Of a stretch of DNA of 64,000 nt, positions 11,929 to 23,536 are shown piece after piece. Numbering within the stretch: the first letter of the stretch is position 1; every line of letters starts with the position of its first letter. The translations under genes and the position numbers were made by a program. The notes under the pieces are model-generated. The model made no database searches and was not told the DNA's origin. It saw only the letters and a program-made list of their open reading frames with translations. Source of the stretch: Escherichia coli (GTDB lineage Bacteria; Pseudomonadota; Gammaproteobacteria; Enterobacterales; Enterobacteriaceae); NCBI RefSeq assembly GCF_003334385.1, contig NZ_QOWN01000010.1, one strand, 5' to 3'.

Positions 11929-12621
11929 ATGAAGGCGTTCGATCTCCACCGTATGGCATTTGATAAAGTGCCTTTTGATTTCCTTGGCGAAGTTGCACTA
12001 CGTAGTCTTTATACCTTTGTACTGGTCTTTTTGTTCCTCAAAATGACCGGAAGACGCGGTGTGCGGCAGATGTCGCTGTTTGAAGTTTTAATCATTCTGA
12101 CGCTGGGATCAGCGGCGGGAGATGTGGCGTTTTATGATGATGTGCCGATGGTCCCGGTACTTATCGTCTTTATTACTCTGGCGTTGTTATACCGCCTGGT
12201 AATGTGGTTGATGGCGCACAGTGAAAAACTGGAAGATCTTCTGGAAGGCAAGCCAGTTGTCATTATTGAAGATGGCGAGCTGGCCTGGTCGAAACTCAAT
12301 AACTCCAACATGACGGAATTTGAGTTCTTTATGGAGCTACGATTGCGTGGCGTGGAGCAGCTGGGGCAGGTACGTCTGGCGATTCTCGAAACCAACGGGC
12401 AAATCAGTGTCTATTTCTTTGAAGATGACAAGGTGAAACCGGGTTTACTTATTTTACCCAGTGATTGTACGCAGCGTTACAAAGTGGTGCCGGAGTCGGC
12501 GGACTATGCCTGTATTCGTTGTAGTGAAATCATTCATATGAAAGCGGGGGAAAAACAATTATGTCCGCGCTGTGCAAATCCAGAATGGACGAAGGCAAGT
12601 CGGGCAAAACGGGTGACCTGA
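11929..12621 (+). CDS. ycaP: DUF421-family inner-membrane protein
   Basis: 230-aa ORF with N-terminal TM segments; C-terminal CxxC…CxxC (CIRCSE…CPRC); synteny. Confidence 0.85.
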   Translation: MKAFDLHRMAFDKVPFDFLGEVALRSLYTFVLVFLFLKMTGRRGVRQMSLFEVLIILTLGSAAGDVAFYDDVPMVPVLIVFITLALLYRLVMWLMAHSEKLEDLLEGKPVVIIEDGELAWSKLNNSNMTEFEFFMELRLRGVEQLGQVRLAILETNGQISVYFFEDDKVKPGLLILPSDCTQRYKVVPESADYACIRCSEIIHMKAGEKQLCPRCANPEWTKASRAKRVT

Positions 12622-12819
12622 CAGTAAAAACATCGGCTTTTTGCTAATAATCCGAGAGATTCTTTTGTGTGATGCAAGCCACATTTTTGCCCTCAACGGT
12701 TTTACTCATTGCGATGTGTGTCACTGAATGATAAAACCGATAGCCACAGGAATAATGTATTACCTGTGGTCGCAATCGATTGACCGCGGGTTAATAGCAA
12801 CGCAACGTGGTGAGGGGAA

Positions 12820-13908
12820 ATGGCTCAAATCTTCAATTTTAGTTCTGGTCCGGCAATGCTACCGGCAGAGGTGCTTAAACAGGCTCAACAGGAACTGCGC
12901 GACTGGAACGGTCTTGGTACGTCGGTGATGGAAGTGAGTCACCGTGGCAAAGAGTTCATTCAGGTTGCAGAGGAAGCCGAGAAGGATTTTCGCGATCTTC
13001 TTAATGTCCCCTCCAACTACAAGGTATTATTCTGCCATGGCGGTGGTCGCGGTCAGTTTGCTGCGGTACCGCTGAATATTCTCGGTGATAAAACCACCGC
13101 AGATTATGTTGATGCCGGTTACTGGGCGGCAAGTGCCATTAAAGAAGCGAAAAAATACTGCACGCCTAATGTCTTTGACGCCAAAGTGACTGTTGATGGT
13201 CTGCGCGCGGTTAAGCCAATGCGTGAATGGCAACTCTCTGATAATGCTGCTTATATGCATTATTGCCCGAATGAAACCATCGATGGTATCGCCATCGACG
13301 AAACGCCAGACTTCGGCGCAGATGTGGTGGTCGCCGCTGACTTCTCTTCAACCATTCTTTCCCGTCCGATTGACGTCAGCCGTTATGGTGTAATTTACGC
13401 TGGCGCGCAGAAAAATATCGGCCCGGCTGGCCTGACAATCGTCATCGTTCGTGAAGATTTGCTGGGCAAAGCGAATATCGCGTGTCCGTCGATTCTGGAT
13501 TATTCCATCCTCAACGATAACGGCTCCATGTTTAACACGCCGCCGACATTTGCCTGGTATCTATCTGGTCTGGTCTTTAAATGGCTGAAAGCGAACGGCG
13601 GTGTAGCTGAAATGGATAAAATCAATCAGCAAAAAGCAGAACTGCTATATGGGGTGATTGATAACAGCGATTTCTACCGCAATGACGTGGCGAAAGCTAA
13701 CCGTTCGCGGATGAACGTGCCGTTCCAGTTGGCGGACAGTGCGCTTGACAAATTGTTCCTTGAAGAGTCTTTTGCTGCTGGCCTTCATGCACTGAAAGGT
13801 CACCGTGTGGTCGGCGGAATGCGCGCTTCTATTTATAACGCCATGCCGCTGGAAGGCGTTAAAGCGCTGACAGACTTCATGGTTGAGTTCGAACGCCGTC
13901 ACGGTTAA
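12820..13908 (+). CDS. serC: Phosphoserine aminotransferase
   Basis: 362 aa; class-V PLP aminotransferase, N-terminus [15 protein letters not shown]. Confidence 0.97.
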   Translation: MAQIFNFSSGPAMLPAEVLKQAQQELRDWNGLGTSVMEVSHRGKEFIQVAEEAEKDFRDLLNVPSNYKVLFCHGGGRGQFAAVPLNILGDKTTADYVDAGYWAASAIKEAKKYCTPNVFDAKVTVDGLRAVKPMREWQLSDNAAYMHYCPNETIDGIAIDETPDFGADVVVAADFSSTILSRPIDVSRYGVIYAGAQKNIGPAGLTIVIVREDLLGKANIACPSILDYSILNDNGSMFNTPPTFAWYLSGLVFKWLKANGGVAEMDKINQQKAELLYGVIDNSDFYRNDVAKANRSRMNVPFQLADSALDKLFLEESFAAGLHALKGHRVVGGMRASIYNAMPLEGVKALTDFMVEFERRHG

Positions 13909-13927
13909 TGCCGAAATTTTGCTTAAT

Positions 13928-13953
13928 CCCCACAGCCAGCCTGTGGGGTTTTT
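13928..13953 (+). terminator. Hairpin plus T-run between serC and aroA (attenuating terminator-like)
   Basis: CCCCACAG-ccagc-CTGTGGGG followed by TTTTT. Confidence 0.6.
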
Positions 13954-13978
13954 ATTTCTGTTGTAGAGAGTTGAGTTC

Positions 13979-15262
13979 ATGGAATCCCTGACGTTACAAC
14001 CCATCGCTCGTGTCGATGGCACTATTAATCTGCCCGGTTCCAAGAGCGTTTCTAACCGCGCTTTATTGCTGGCGGCATTAGCACACGGCAAAACAGTATT
14101 AACCAATCTGCTGGATAGCGATGACGTGCGCCATATGCTGAATGCATTAACAGCGTTAGGGGTAAGCTATACGCTTTCAGCCGATCGTACGCGTTGCGAA
14201 ATTATCGGTAACGGCGGTCCATTACACGCAGAAGGTGCCCTGGAGTTGTTCCTCGGTAACGCCGGAACGGCAATGCGTCCGCTGGCGGCAGCTCTTTGTC
14301 TGGGTAGCAATGATATTGTGCTGACCGGTGAGCCGCGTATGAAAGAACGCCCGATTGGTCATCTGGTGGATGCGCTGCGCCTGGGCGGGGCGAAGATCAC
14401 TTACCTGGAACAAGAAAATTATCCGCCGTTGCGTTTACAGGGCGGCTTTACTGGCGGCAACGTTGACGTTGATGGCTCCGTTTCCAGCCAATTCCTCACC
14501 GCACTGTTAATGACTGCGCCTCTTGCGCCGGAAGATACGGTGATTCGTATTAAAGGCGATCTGGTTTCTAAACCTTATATCGACATCACACTCAATCTGA
14601 TGAAGACGTTTGGTGTTGAAATTGAAAATCAGCACTATCAACAATTTGTCGTAAAAGGCGGGCAGTCTTATCAGTCTCCGGGTACTTATTTGGTCGAAGG
14701 CGATGCATCTTCGGCTTCTTACTTTCTGGCAGCAGCAGCAATCAAAGGCGGCACTGTAAAAGTGACCGGTATTGGACGTAACAGTATGCAGGGTGATATT
14801 CGCTTTGCTGATGTGCTGGAAAAAATGGGCGCGACCATTTGCTGGGGCGATGATTATATTTCCTGCACGCGTGGTGAACTGAACGCTATTGATATGGATA
14901 TGAACCATATTCCTGATGCGGCGATGACCATTGCCACGGCGGCGTTATTTGCAAAAGGCACCACCACGCTGCGCAATATCTATAACTGGCGTGTTAAAGA
15001 GACCGATCGCCTGTTTGCGATGGCAACAGAACTGCGTAAAGTCGGCGCGGAAGTGGAAGAGGGGCACGATTACATTCGTATCACTCCTCCGGAAAAACTG
15101 AACTTTGCCGAGATCGCGACATACAATGATCACCGGATGGCGATGTGTTTCTCGCTGGTGGCGTTGTCAGATACACCAGTGACGATTCTTGATCCCAAAT
15201 GCACGGCCAAAACATTTCCGGATTATTTCGAGCAGCTGGCGCGGATTAGCCAGGCAGCCTGA
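13979..15262 (+). CDS. aroA: 3-phosphoshikimate 1-carboxyvinyltransferase (EPSP synthase)
   Basis: 427 aa; [13 protein letters not shown] motif. Confidence 0.97.
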   Translation: MESLTLQPIARVDGTINLPGSKSVSNRALLLAALAHGKTVLTNLLDSDDVRHMLNALTALGVSYTLSADRTRCEIIGNGGPLHAEGALELFLGNAGTAMRPLAAALCLGSNDIVLTGEPRMKERPIGHLVDALRLGGAKITYLEQENYPPLRLQGGFTGGNVDVDGSVSSQFLTALLMTAPLAPEDTVIRIKGDLVSKPYIDITLNLMKTFGVEIENQHYQQFVVKGGQSYQSPGTYLVEGDASSASYFLAAAAIKGGTVKVTGIGRNSMQGDIRFADVLEKMGATICWGDDYISCTRGELNAIDMDMNHIPDAAMTIATAALFAKGTTTLRNIYNWRVKETDRLFAMATELRKVGAEVEEGHDYIRITPPEKLNFAEIATYNDHRMAMCFSLVALSDTPVTILDPKCTAKTFPDYFEQLARISQAA

Positions 15263-15305
15263 ATGAACAACGGGCAATAAATAGCCAAATCTTTCTTTAT
15301 CAAAA

Positions 15306-15332
15306 CGTCGGCACATTGTCGGCGTTTTTTTT
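15306..15332 (+). terminator. Probable aroA intrinsic terminator
   Basis: GC-rich dyad (CGTCGGcacattgTCGGCG, with G-U pairs) followed by T8. Confidence 0.5.
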
Positions 15333-15430
15333 CGGACCTTGTGAGTCATTTTGATTAATGGTAGCGTCGCTTGTCAATGTAAGTTGTTGATACATAATAT
15401 TTATATATGATTAATCAACGGATGATTCAC

Positions 15431-16195
15431 ATGAAGAATACTAAATTACTGCTGGCGATTGCGACCTCTGCAGCATTACTGACAGGGTGTCAAAATACCC
15501 ACGGTATTGATACCAATATGGCTATCAGCTCCGGTTTAAATGCCTATAAAGCAGCAACATTAAGCGATGCCGATGCAAAAGCGATTGCCAATCAGGGCTG
15601 TGCCGAAATGGACAGCGGCAATCAAGTCGCAAGTAAATCCAGCAAGTACGGTAAACGTCTGGCAAAAATCGCCAAAGCATTGGGTAACAATATTAATGGC
15701 ACGCCGGTCAACTATAAGGTTTATATGACCAGCGACGTCAACGCATGGGCGATGGCGAACGGCTGTGTTCGTGTCTACAGTGGCCTGATGGACATGATGA
15801 ATGACAACGAAATTGAAGGCGTTCTGGGCCATGAACTGGGCCACGTCGCGTTGGGTCACTCGCTGGCTGAAATGAAAGCTTCTTATGCGATCGTTGCCGC
15901 ACGCGATGCCATTTCAGCTACCAGCGGTGTGGCTTCCCAGCTTTCCCGCTCACAATTAGGTGATATCGCAGAAGGCGCTATCAATGCTAAATACTCCCGT
16001 GATAAAGAGTCCGAAGCAGATGATTTCTCCTTTGATCTGTTGAAGAAACGTGGCATCAGCACCCAGGGGCTGGTTGGCAGCTTTGAAAAACTGGCTAGCC
16101 TGGATGGCGGTCGCACCCAGTCCATGTTTGACTCTCACCCACCATCAACAGAGCGTGCGCAACACATCCGTGATCGTATCGCCTCTGGTAAGTAA
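15431..16195 (+). CDS. ycaL: M48-family metalloprotease lipoprotein
   Basis: Lipobox LLTGC after MKNTKLLLAIATSAA; HEXXH (GHELGHVALGH); 254 aa from ATG 15431. Confidence 0.88.
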   Translation: MKNTKLLLAIATSAALLTGCQNTHGIDTNMAISSGLNAYKAATLSDADAKAIANQGCAEMDSGNQVASKSSKYGKRLAKIAKALGNNINGTPVNYKVYMTSDVNAWAMANGCVRVYSGLMDMMNDNEIEGVLGHELGHVALGHSLAEMKASYAIVAARDAISATSGVASQLSRSQLGDIAEGAINAKYSRDKESEADDFSFDLLKKRGISTQGLVGSFEKLASLDGGRTQSMFDSHPPSTERAQHIRDRIASGK

Positions 16196-16367
16196 ATCAT
16201 TGTCATCTTTCGGGCTGGTCTTCTGCCAGCCCGCTATAATTGCGCAATAAATCCCCATCTGAATACAGACAAAACTGGTTTTTGCACACAACGTTAACGA
16301 TTTGTGGCGTCGGCGCGTATAATGCGCGCGGTTATGTTAACGGTACGCCTGTTTTAAGGAGATAAAG

Positions 16368-17051
16368 ATGACGGCAATTGCCCCGGTTATTACCATTGAT
16401 GGCCCAAGCGGTGCAGGGAAAGGCACCTTGTGTAAGGCTATGGCGGAAGCGTTGCAATGGCATCTGCTGGACTCGGGTGCAATTTATCGCGTACTGGCAT
16501 TGGCGGCATTACATCACCATGTTGATGTTGCGTCGGAAGATGCGCTGGTACCGCTGGCATCCCATCTGGATGTACGTTTTGTGTCGACCAATGGCAATCT
16601 GGAAGTGATCCTCGAAGGGGAAGATGTCAGCGGCGAAATTCGTACTCAGGAAGTGGCGAATGCAGCTTCACAAGTCGCGGCATTCCCACGCGTTCGTGAA
16701 GCATTATTGCGTCGCCAACGCGCGTTTCGCGAATTACCAGGTCTGATTGCCGATGGCCGCGACATGGGAACGGTGGTATTCCCTGATGCACCAGTGAAAA
16801 TTTTCCTTGACGCCTCCTCGGAAGAACGTGCGCATCGCCGCATGCTACAGTTGCAGGAGAAGGGCTTTAGTGTTAACTTTGAGCGCCTTTTGGCCGAGAT
16901 CAAAGAACGCGACGACCGCGATCGTAACCGAGCGGTAGCGCCACTGGTTCCGGCAGCCGATGCTTTAGTGTTGGATTCCACCACCTTAAGCATTGAGCAA
17001 GTGATTGAAAAAGCGCTACAATACGCGCGCCAGAAATTGGCTCTCGCATAA
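16368..17051 (+). CDS. cmk: Cytidylate kinase
   Basis: 227 aa; P-loop GPSGAGKGT. Confidence 0.97.
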
Positions 17052-17161
17052 GCGACCGAATTTGCAGTACCCCCGTTGCAATGGAATGACAGCGGGTATG
17101 TTAAACAACCCCATCCGGCATGGAGCCAGGTGGACGTTAAATATAAACCTGAAGATTAAAC

Positions 17162-18835
17162 ATGACTGAATCTTTTGCTCAACTCTTTGAAGAGTCCTTA
17201 AAAGAAATCGAAACCCGCCCGGGTTCTATCGTTCGTGGCGTTGTTGTTGCTATCGACAAAGACGTAGTACTGGTTGACGCTGGTCTGAAATCTGAGTCCG
17301 CCATCCCGGCTGAGCAGTTCAAAAACGCCCAAGGCGAGCTGGAAATCCAGGTAGGTGACGAAGTTGACGTTGCTCTGGACGCAGTAGAAGACGGCTTCGG
17401 TGAAACTCTGCTGTCCCGTGAGAAAGCTAAACGTCACGAAGCCTGGATCACGCTGGAAAAAGCTTACGAAGATGCTGAAACTGTTACCGGTGTTATCAAC
17501 GGCAAAGTTAAGGGCGGCTTCACTGTTGAGCTGAACGGTATTCGTGCGTTCCTGCCAGGTTCTCTGGTAGACGTTCGTCCGGTGCGTGACACTCTGCACC
17601 TGGAAGGCAAAGAGCTTGAATTTAAAGTAATCAAGCTGGATCAGAAGCGCAACAACGTTGTTGTTTCTCGTCGTGCCGTTATCGAATCCGAAAACAGCGC
17701 AGAGCGCGATCAGCTGCTGGAAAACCTGCAGGAAGGCATGGAAGTTAAAGGTATCGTTAAGAACCTCACTGACTACGGTGCATTCGTTGATCTGGGCGGC
17801 GTTGACGGCCTGCTGCACATCACTGACATGGCCTGGAAACGCGTTAAGCATCCGAGCGAAATCGTCAACGTGGGCGACGAAATCACTGTTAAAGTGCTGA
17901 AGTTCGACCGCGAACGTACCCGTGTATCCCTGGGCCTGAAACAGCTGGGCGAAGATCCGTGGGTAGCTATCGCTAAACGTTATCCGGAAGGTACCAAACT
18001 GACTGGTCGCGTGACCAACCTGACCGACTACGGCTGCTTCGTTGAAATCGAAGAAGGCGTTGAAGGCCTGGTACACGTTTCCGAAATGGATTGGACCAAC
18101 AAAAACATCCACCCGTCCAAAGTTGTTAACGTTGGCGATGTAGTGGAAGTTATGGTTCTGGATATCGACGAAGAACGTCGTCGTATCTCCCTGGGTCTGA
18201 AACAGTGCAAAGCTAACCCGTGGCAGCAGTTCGCGGAAACCCACAACAAGGGCGACCGTGTTGAAGGTAAAATCAAGTCTATCACTGACTTCGGTATCTT
18301 CATCGGCCTGGACGGCGGCATCGACGGCCTGGTTCACCTGTCTGACATCTCCTGGAACGTTGCAGGCGAAGAAGCAGTTCGTGAATACAAAAAAGGCGAC
18401 GAAATCGCTGCAGTTGTTCTGCAGGTTGACGCAGAACGTGAACGTATCTCCCTGGGCGTTAAACAGCTCGCAGAAGATCCGTTCAACAACTGGGTTGCTC
18501 TGAACAAGAAAGGCGCTATCGTAACCGGTAAAGTAACTGCAGTTGACGCTAAAGGCGCAACCGTAGAACTGGCTGACGGCGTTGAAGGTTACCTGCGTGC
18601 TTCTGAAGCATCCCGTGACCGCGTTGAAGACGCTACCCTGGTTCTGAGCGTTGGCGACGAAGTTGAAGCTAAATTCACCGGCGTTGATCGTAAAAACCGC
18701 GCAATCAGCCTGTCTGTTCGTGCGAAAGACGAAGCTGACGAGAAAGATGCAATCGCAACTGTTAACAAACAGGAAGATGCAAACTTCTCCAACAACGCAA
18801 TGGCTGAAGCTTTCAAAGCAGCTAAAGGCGAGTAA
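17162..18835 (+). CDS. rpsA: 30S ribosomal protein S1
   Basis: 557 aa; six tandem S1 domains; very strong codon bias. Confidence 0.98.
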
Positions 18836-18845
18836 TTCTCTGACT

Positions 18846-18870
18846 CTTCGGGATTTTTATTCCGAAGTTT
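18846..18870 (+). terminator. rpsA intrinsic terminator
   Basis: CTTCGG-gatttttat-CCGAAG followed by TTTgTTg. Confidence 0.6.
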
Positions 18871-18994
18871 GTTGAGTTTACTTGACAGATTGCAGGTTTC
18901 GTCCTGTAATCAAGCACTAAGGGCGGCTACGGCCGCCCTTAATCAATGCAGCAACAGCAGCCGCTTAATTTGCCTTTAAGGAACCGGAGGAATC

Positions 18995-19279
18995 ATGACC
19001 AAGTCAGAATTGATAGAAAGACTTGCCACCCAGCAATCGCACATTCCCGCCAAGACGGTTGAAGATGCAGTAAAAGAGATGCTGGAGCATATGGCCTCGA
19101 CTCTTGCGCAGGGCGAGCGTATTGAAATCCGCGGTTTCGGCAGTTTCTCTTTGCACTACCGCGCACCACGTACCGGACGTAATCCGAAGACTGGCGATAA
19201 AGTAGAACTGGAAGGAAAATACGTTCCTCACTTTAAACCTGGTAAAGAACTGCGCGATCGCGCCAATATTTACGGTTAA
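18995..19279 (+). CDS. ihfB: Integration host factor beta subunit
   Basis: 94 aa; [11 protein letters not shown]…[12 protein letters not shown] (HU/IHF fold). Confidence 0.98.
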
Positions 19280-19305
19280 GTTTTTTACTCAAACTTGAAC
19301 GAGAG

Positions 19306-19330
19306 AAAAGCACCTGTCGGGTGCTTTTTT
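19306..19330 (+). terminator. ihfB intrinsic terminator
   Basis: AGCACC-tgtcg-GGTGCT followed by TTTTTT. Confidence 0.8.
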
Positions 19331-19486
19331 CATTTCTCTAATCTGGAACTGGAAGCTGCCTCGCAGAGTTTTGAACAGTTTTCACCCTTTCGTTAAATTC
19401 TTCTGAATATGCCTCGGGGAACGCAAAATTCCCACCAGACAACCGCTCAACAAAGTTGCACACTTTCCATAAACAGGGAGGGGTGC

Positions 19487-21751
19487 ATGAAAATAACGAC
19501 AGTCGGTGTATGCATAATTAGCGGAATTTTTCCGTTGCTGATTTTGCCCCAATTGCCTGGGACATTAACCCTTGCGTTTCTGACTCTCTTCGCCTGCGTA
19601 CTGGCATTTATCCCTGTTAAAACCGTCCGTTATATCGCGCTGACGTTGCTGTTTTTCGTTTGGGGCATATTATCAGCAAAGCAAATTTTGTGGGCAGGAG
19701 AAACCTTAACTGGCGCGACGCAGGATGCAATTGTTGAGATCACTGCAACTGACGGCATGACCACTCATTACGGTCAAATTACTCATCTACAAGGTCGACG
19801 TATATTCCCTGCGTCAGGTCTCGTGATGTATGGCGAATATCTTCCGCAAGCGGTTTGTGCTGGACAACAATGGTCAATGAAACTCAAAGTTCGTGCAGTT
19901 CATGGCCAACTTAATGATGGCGGCTTTGATAGCCAGCGTTATGCCATTGCCCAGCATCAGCTGCTCACCGGCCGTTTTCTGCAGGCAAGTGTCATTGAAC
20001 CGAATTGTAGCCTGCGTGCACAGTATCTGGCGTCACTACAAACAACGCTGCAACCCTATCCGTGGAATGCGGTTATTCTTGGTTTAGGTATGGGGGAACG
20101 GTTATCCGTCCCCAAAGAAATCAAAAATATCATGCGCGATACTGGAACGGCGCATTTAATGGCGATATCGGGATTGCACATCGCTTTTGCGGCGTTGCTG
20201 GCTGCCGGACTCATTCGCAGTGGACAAATTTTTCTGCCTGGGCGCTGGATCCACTGGCAAATACCATTAATTGGCGGAATCTGCTGTGCTGCTTTTTATG
20301 CCTGGTTGACGGGAATGCAACCTCCTGCATTGCGTACCATGGTGGCGCTTGCTACGTGGGGAATGCTTAAGTTAAGTGGGCGACAGTGGAGTGGCTGGGA
20401 TGTATGGATATGTTGTCTGGCGGCAATTTTGCTGATGGATCCTGTTGCCATTCTCTCGCAAAGTTTATGGCTCTCTGCCGCTGCGGTCGCGGCATTGATA
20501 TTTTGGTATCAGTGGTTTCCCTGTCCTGAGTGGCAACTGCCGCCGGTATTGCGTGCAGTTGTTTCCCTCATCCATCTGCAACTGGGAATCACACTTCTGC
20601 TTATGCCCGTGCAAATCGTCATATTTCATGGCATTAGTCTGACCTCGTTTATTGCAAATCTATTAGCAATTCCCTTGGTGACATTTATCACGGTTCCGTT
20701 GATCCTCGCCGCGATGGTTGTGCATTTAAGCGGGCCGTTAATCCTGGAGCAAGGGTTATGGTTTCTTGCCGACCGGTCTTTGGCTTTACTTTTCTGGGGG
20801 TTAAAGAGTTTGCCGGAAGGGTGGATCAACATTGCTGAATGTTGGCAATGGCTATCATTTTCCCCATGGTTCTTACTGGTGGTATGGCGATTAAACGCCT
20901 GGCGAACGTTGCCAGCAATGTGTGTGGCTGGAGGCTTGCTGATGTGCTGGCCGCTGTGGCAAAAACCTCGACCTGACGAGTGGCAGCTGTACATGCTTGA
21001 TGTCGGGCAAGGGCTGGCAATGGTGATAGCCAGAAACGGCAAAGAGATTCTCTATGACACAGGACTGGCCTGGCCTGAAGGGGATAGTGGGCAACAACTG
21101 ATTATCCCCTGGCTCCACTGGCATAATCTTGAACCGGAAGGCGTTATTCTGAGCCATGAACATCTGGATCACCGGGGAGGGCTGGATTCAATATTGCATA
21201 TATGGCCGATGTTATGGATCAGAAGTCCGTTAAACTGGGAACATCATCAGCCCTGTGTGCGTGGCGAAGCGTGGCAATGGCAAGGATTGCGTTTCAGCGC
21301 GCACTGGCCTTTACAAGGTAGCAACGATAAAGGAAATAACCATTCCTGTGTGGTTAAGGTTGATGACGGGACGAATAGCATTCTTCTAACCGGTGATATT
21401 GAAGCCCCAGCTGAACAAAAGATGCTAAGCCGTTACTGGCAGCAAGTGCAGGCAACATTGCTTCAGGTACCTCACCATGGCAGTAATACCTCATCATCGT
21501 TGCCATTAATTCAGCGAGTGAATGGAAAAGTGGCACTCGCATCGGCATCGCGCTATAACGCATGGCGACTGCCCTCTAACAAAGTTAAGCATCGCTATCA
21601 ACTGCAAGGATATCAATGGATTGATACTCCACATCAAGGTCAAACAACGGTCAATTTTTCAGCGCAAGGCTGGCGGATTAGCAGCCTCAGGGAGCAAATT
21701 TTACCTCGTTGGTATCATCAGTGGTTTGGCGTGCCAGTGGATAACGGGTAG
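19487..21751 (+). CDS. ycaI: ComEC/Rec2-family inner-membrane protein with C-terminal metallo-beta-lactamase domain
   Basis: 754 aa from MKITTVGV… (RBS AGGGAGGGG upstream); polytopic N-terminus; MBL motif SHEHLDHRGG. Confidence 0.88.
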   Translation: MKITTVGVCIISGIFPLLILPQLPGTLTLAFLTLFACVLAFIPVKTVRYIALTLLFFVWGILSAKQILWAGETLTGATQDAIVEITATDGMTTHYGQITHLQGRRIFPASGLVMYGEYLPQAVCAGQQWSMKLKVRAVHGQLNDGGFDSQRYAIAQHQLLTGRFLQASVIEPNCSLRAQYLASLQTTLQPYPWNAVILGLGMGERLSVPKEIKNIMRDTGTAHLMAISGLHIAFAALLAAGLIRSGQIFLPGRWIHWQIPLIGGICCAAFYAWLTGMQPPALRTMVALATWGMLKLSGRQWSGWDVWICCLAAILLMDPVAILSQSLWLSAAAVAALIFWYQWFPCPEWQLPPVLRAVVSLIHLQLGITLLLMPVQIVIFHGISLTSFIANLLAIPLVTFITVPLILAAMVVHLSGPLILEQGLWFLADRSLALLFWGLKSLPEGWINIAECWQWLSFSPWFLLVVWRLNAWRTLPAMCVAGGLLMCWPLWQKPRPDEWQLYMLDVGQGLAMVIARNGKEILYDTGLAWPEGDSGQQLIIPWLHWHNLEPEGVILSHEHLDHRGGLDSILHIWPMLWIRSPLNWEHHQPCVRGEAWQWQGLRFSAHWPLQGSNDKGNNHSCVVKVDDGTNSILLTGDIEAPAEQKMLSRYWQQVQATLLQVPHHGSNTSSSLPLIQRVNGKVALASASRYNAWRLPSNKVKHRYQLQGYQWIDTPHQGQTTVNFSAQGWRISSLREQILPRWYHQWFGVPVDNG

Positions 21752-21787
21752 AATATGCGGCTATTTCAACAAATGCTGGTTTTTTGA

Positions 21788-23536
21788 ATGCATAACGACA
21801 AAGATCTCTCTACGTGGCAGACATTCCGCCGACTGTGGCCAACCATTGCGCCTTTCAAAGCGGGTCTGATCGTGGCGGGCGTAGCGTTAATCCTCAACGC
21901 AGCCAGCGATACCTTCATGTTATCGCTCCTTAAGCCACTTCTTGATGATGGCTTTGGTAAAACAGATCGCTCCGTGCTGGTGTGGATGCCGCTGGTGGTG
22001 ATCGGGCTGATGATTTTACGTGGTATCACCAGCTATGTCTCCAGCTACTGTATCTCCTGGGTATCAGGAAAGGTGGTAATGACCATGCGTCGCCGCCTGT
22101 TTGGTCACATGATGGGAATGCCAGTTTCATTCTTTGACAAACAGTCAACGGGTACGCTGTTGTCACGTATTACCTACGATTCCGAACAGGTTGCTTCTTC
22201 TTCTTCCGGCGCACTGATTACTGTTGTGCGTGAAGGTGCGTCGATCATCGGCCTGTTCATCATGATGTTCTATTACAGTTGGCAACTGTCGATCATTTTG
22301 ATTGTGCTGGCACCGATTGTTTCGATTGCGATTCGCGTTGTATCGAAGCGTTTTCGCAACATCAGTAAAAACATGCAGAACACCATGGGGCAGGTGACCA
22401 CCAGCGCAGAACAAATGCTGAAGGGCCACAAAGAAGTATTGATTTTCGGTGGTCAGGAAGTGGAAACGAAACGCTTTGATAAAGTCAGCAACCGAATGCG
22501 TCTTCAGGGGATGAAAATGGTTTCAGCCTCTTCCATCTCTGATCCGATCATTCAGCTGATCGCCTCTTTGGCGCTGGCGTTTGTTCTGTATGCGGCGAGC
22601 TTCCCAAGTGTCATGGATAGCCTGACTGCCGGTACGATTACCGTTGTTTTCTCTTCAATGATTGCACTGATGCGTCCGCTGAAATCGCTGACCAACGTTA
22701 ACGCCCAGTTCCAGCGCGGTATGGCGGCTTGTCAGACGCTGTTTACCATTCTGGACAGTGAGCAGGAGAAAGATGAAGGTAAGCGCGTGATCGAGCGTGC
22801 GACTGGCGACGTGGAATTCCGCAATGTCACCTTTACTTATCCGGGACGTGACGTACCTGCATTGCGTAACATCAACCTGAAAATTCCGGCAGGGAAGACG
22901 GTTGCTCTGGTTGGACGCTCTGGTTCGGGTAAATCAACCATCGCCAGCCTGATCACGCGTTTTTACGATATTGATGAAGGCGAAATCCTGATGGATGGTC
23001 ACGATCTGCGCGAGTATACCCTGGCGTCGTTACGTAACCAGGTTGCTCTGGTGTCGCAGAATGTCCATCTGTTTAACGATACGGTTGCTAACAACATTGC
23101 TTACGCACGGACTGAACAGTACAGCCGTGAGCAAATTGAAGAAGCGGCGCGTATGGCCTACGCCATGGACTTCATCAATAAGATGGATAACGGTCTCGAT
23201 ACAGTGATTGGTGAAAACGGCGTGCTGCTCTCTGGCGGTCAGCGTCAGCGTATTGCTATCGCTCGAGCCTTGTTGCGTGATAGCCCGATTCTGATTCTGG
23301 ACGAAGCTACCTCGGCTCTGGATACCGAATCCGAACGTGCGATTCAGGCGGCACTGGATGAGTTGCAGAAAAACCGTACCTCTCTGGTGATTGCCCACCG
23401 CTTGTCTACCATTGAAAAGGCAGACGAAATCGTGGTCGTCGAGGATGGTGTCATTGTGGAACGCGGTACGCATAACGATTTGCTTGAGCACCGCGGCGTT
23501 TACGCGCAACTTCACAAAATGCAGTTTGGCCAATGA
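21788..23536 (+). CDS. msbA: Lipid A export ABC transporter (fused permease/ATPase)
   Basis: 582 aa; Walker [10 protein letters not shown], signature LSGGQRQR, Walker [13 protein letters not shown]. Confidence 0.98.
   Translation: MHNDKDLSTWQTFRRLWPTIAPFKAGLIVAGVALILNAASDTFMLSLLKPLLDDGFGKTDRSVLVWMPLVVIGLMILRGITSYVSSYCISWVSGKVVMTMRRRLFGHMMGMPVSFFDKQSTGTLLSRITYDSEQVASSSSGALITVVREGASIIGLFIMMFYYSWQLSIILIVLAPIVSIAIRVVSKRFRNISKNMQNTMGQVTTSAEQMLKGHKEVLIFGGQEVETKRFDKVSNRMRLQGMKMVSASSISDPIIQLIASLALAFVLYAASFPSVMDSLTAGTITVVFSSMIALMRPLKSLTNVNAQFQRGMAACQTLFTILDSEQEKDEGKRVIERATGDVEFRNVTFTYPGRDVPALRNINLKIPAGKTVALVGRSGSGKSTIASLITRFYDIDEGEILMDGHDLREYTLASLRNQVALVSQNVHLFNDTVANNIAYARTEQYSREQIEEAARMAYAMDFINKMDNGLDTVIGENGVLLSGGQRQRIAIARALLRDSPILILDEATSALDTESERAIQAALDELQKNRTSLVIAHRLSTIEKADEIVVVEDGVIVERGTHNDLLEHRGVYAQLHKMQFGQ

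Noticed and set aside
17198-18337. 379-aa antisense ORF inside rpsA, plus several shorter ones
   Set aside because: Same codon-bias artefact as for pflB; rpsA is among the most biased genes in the genome.
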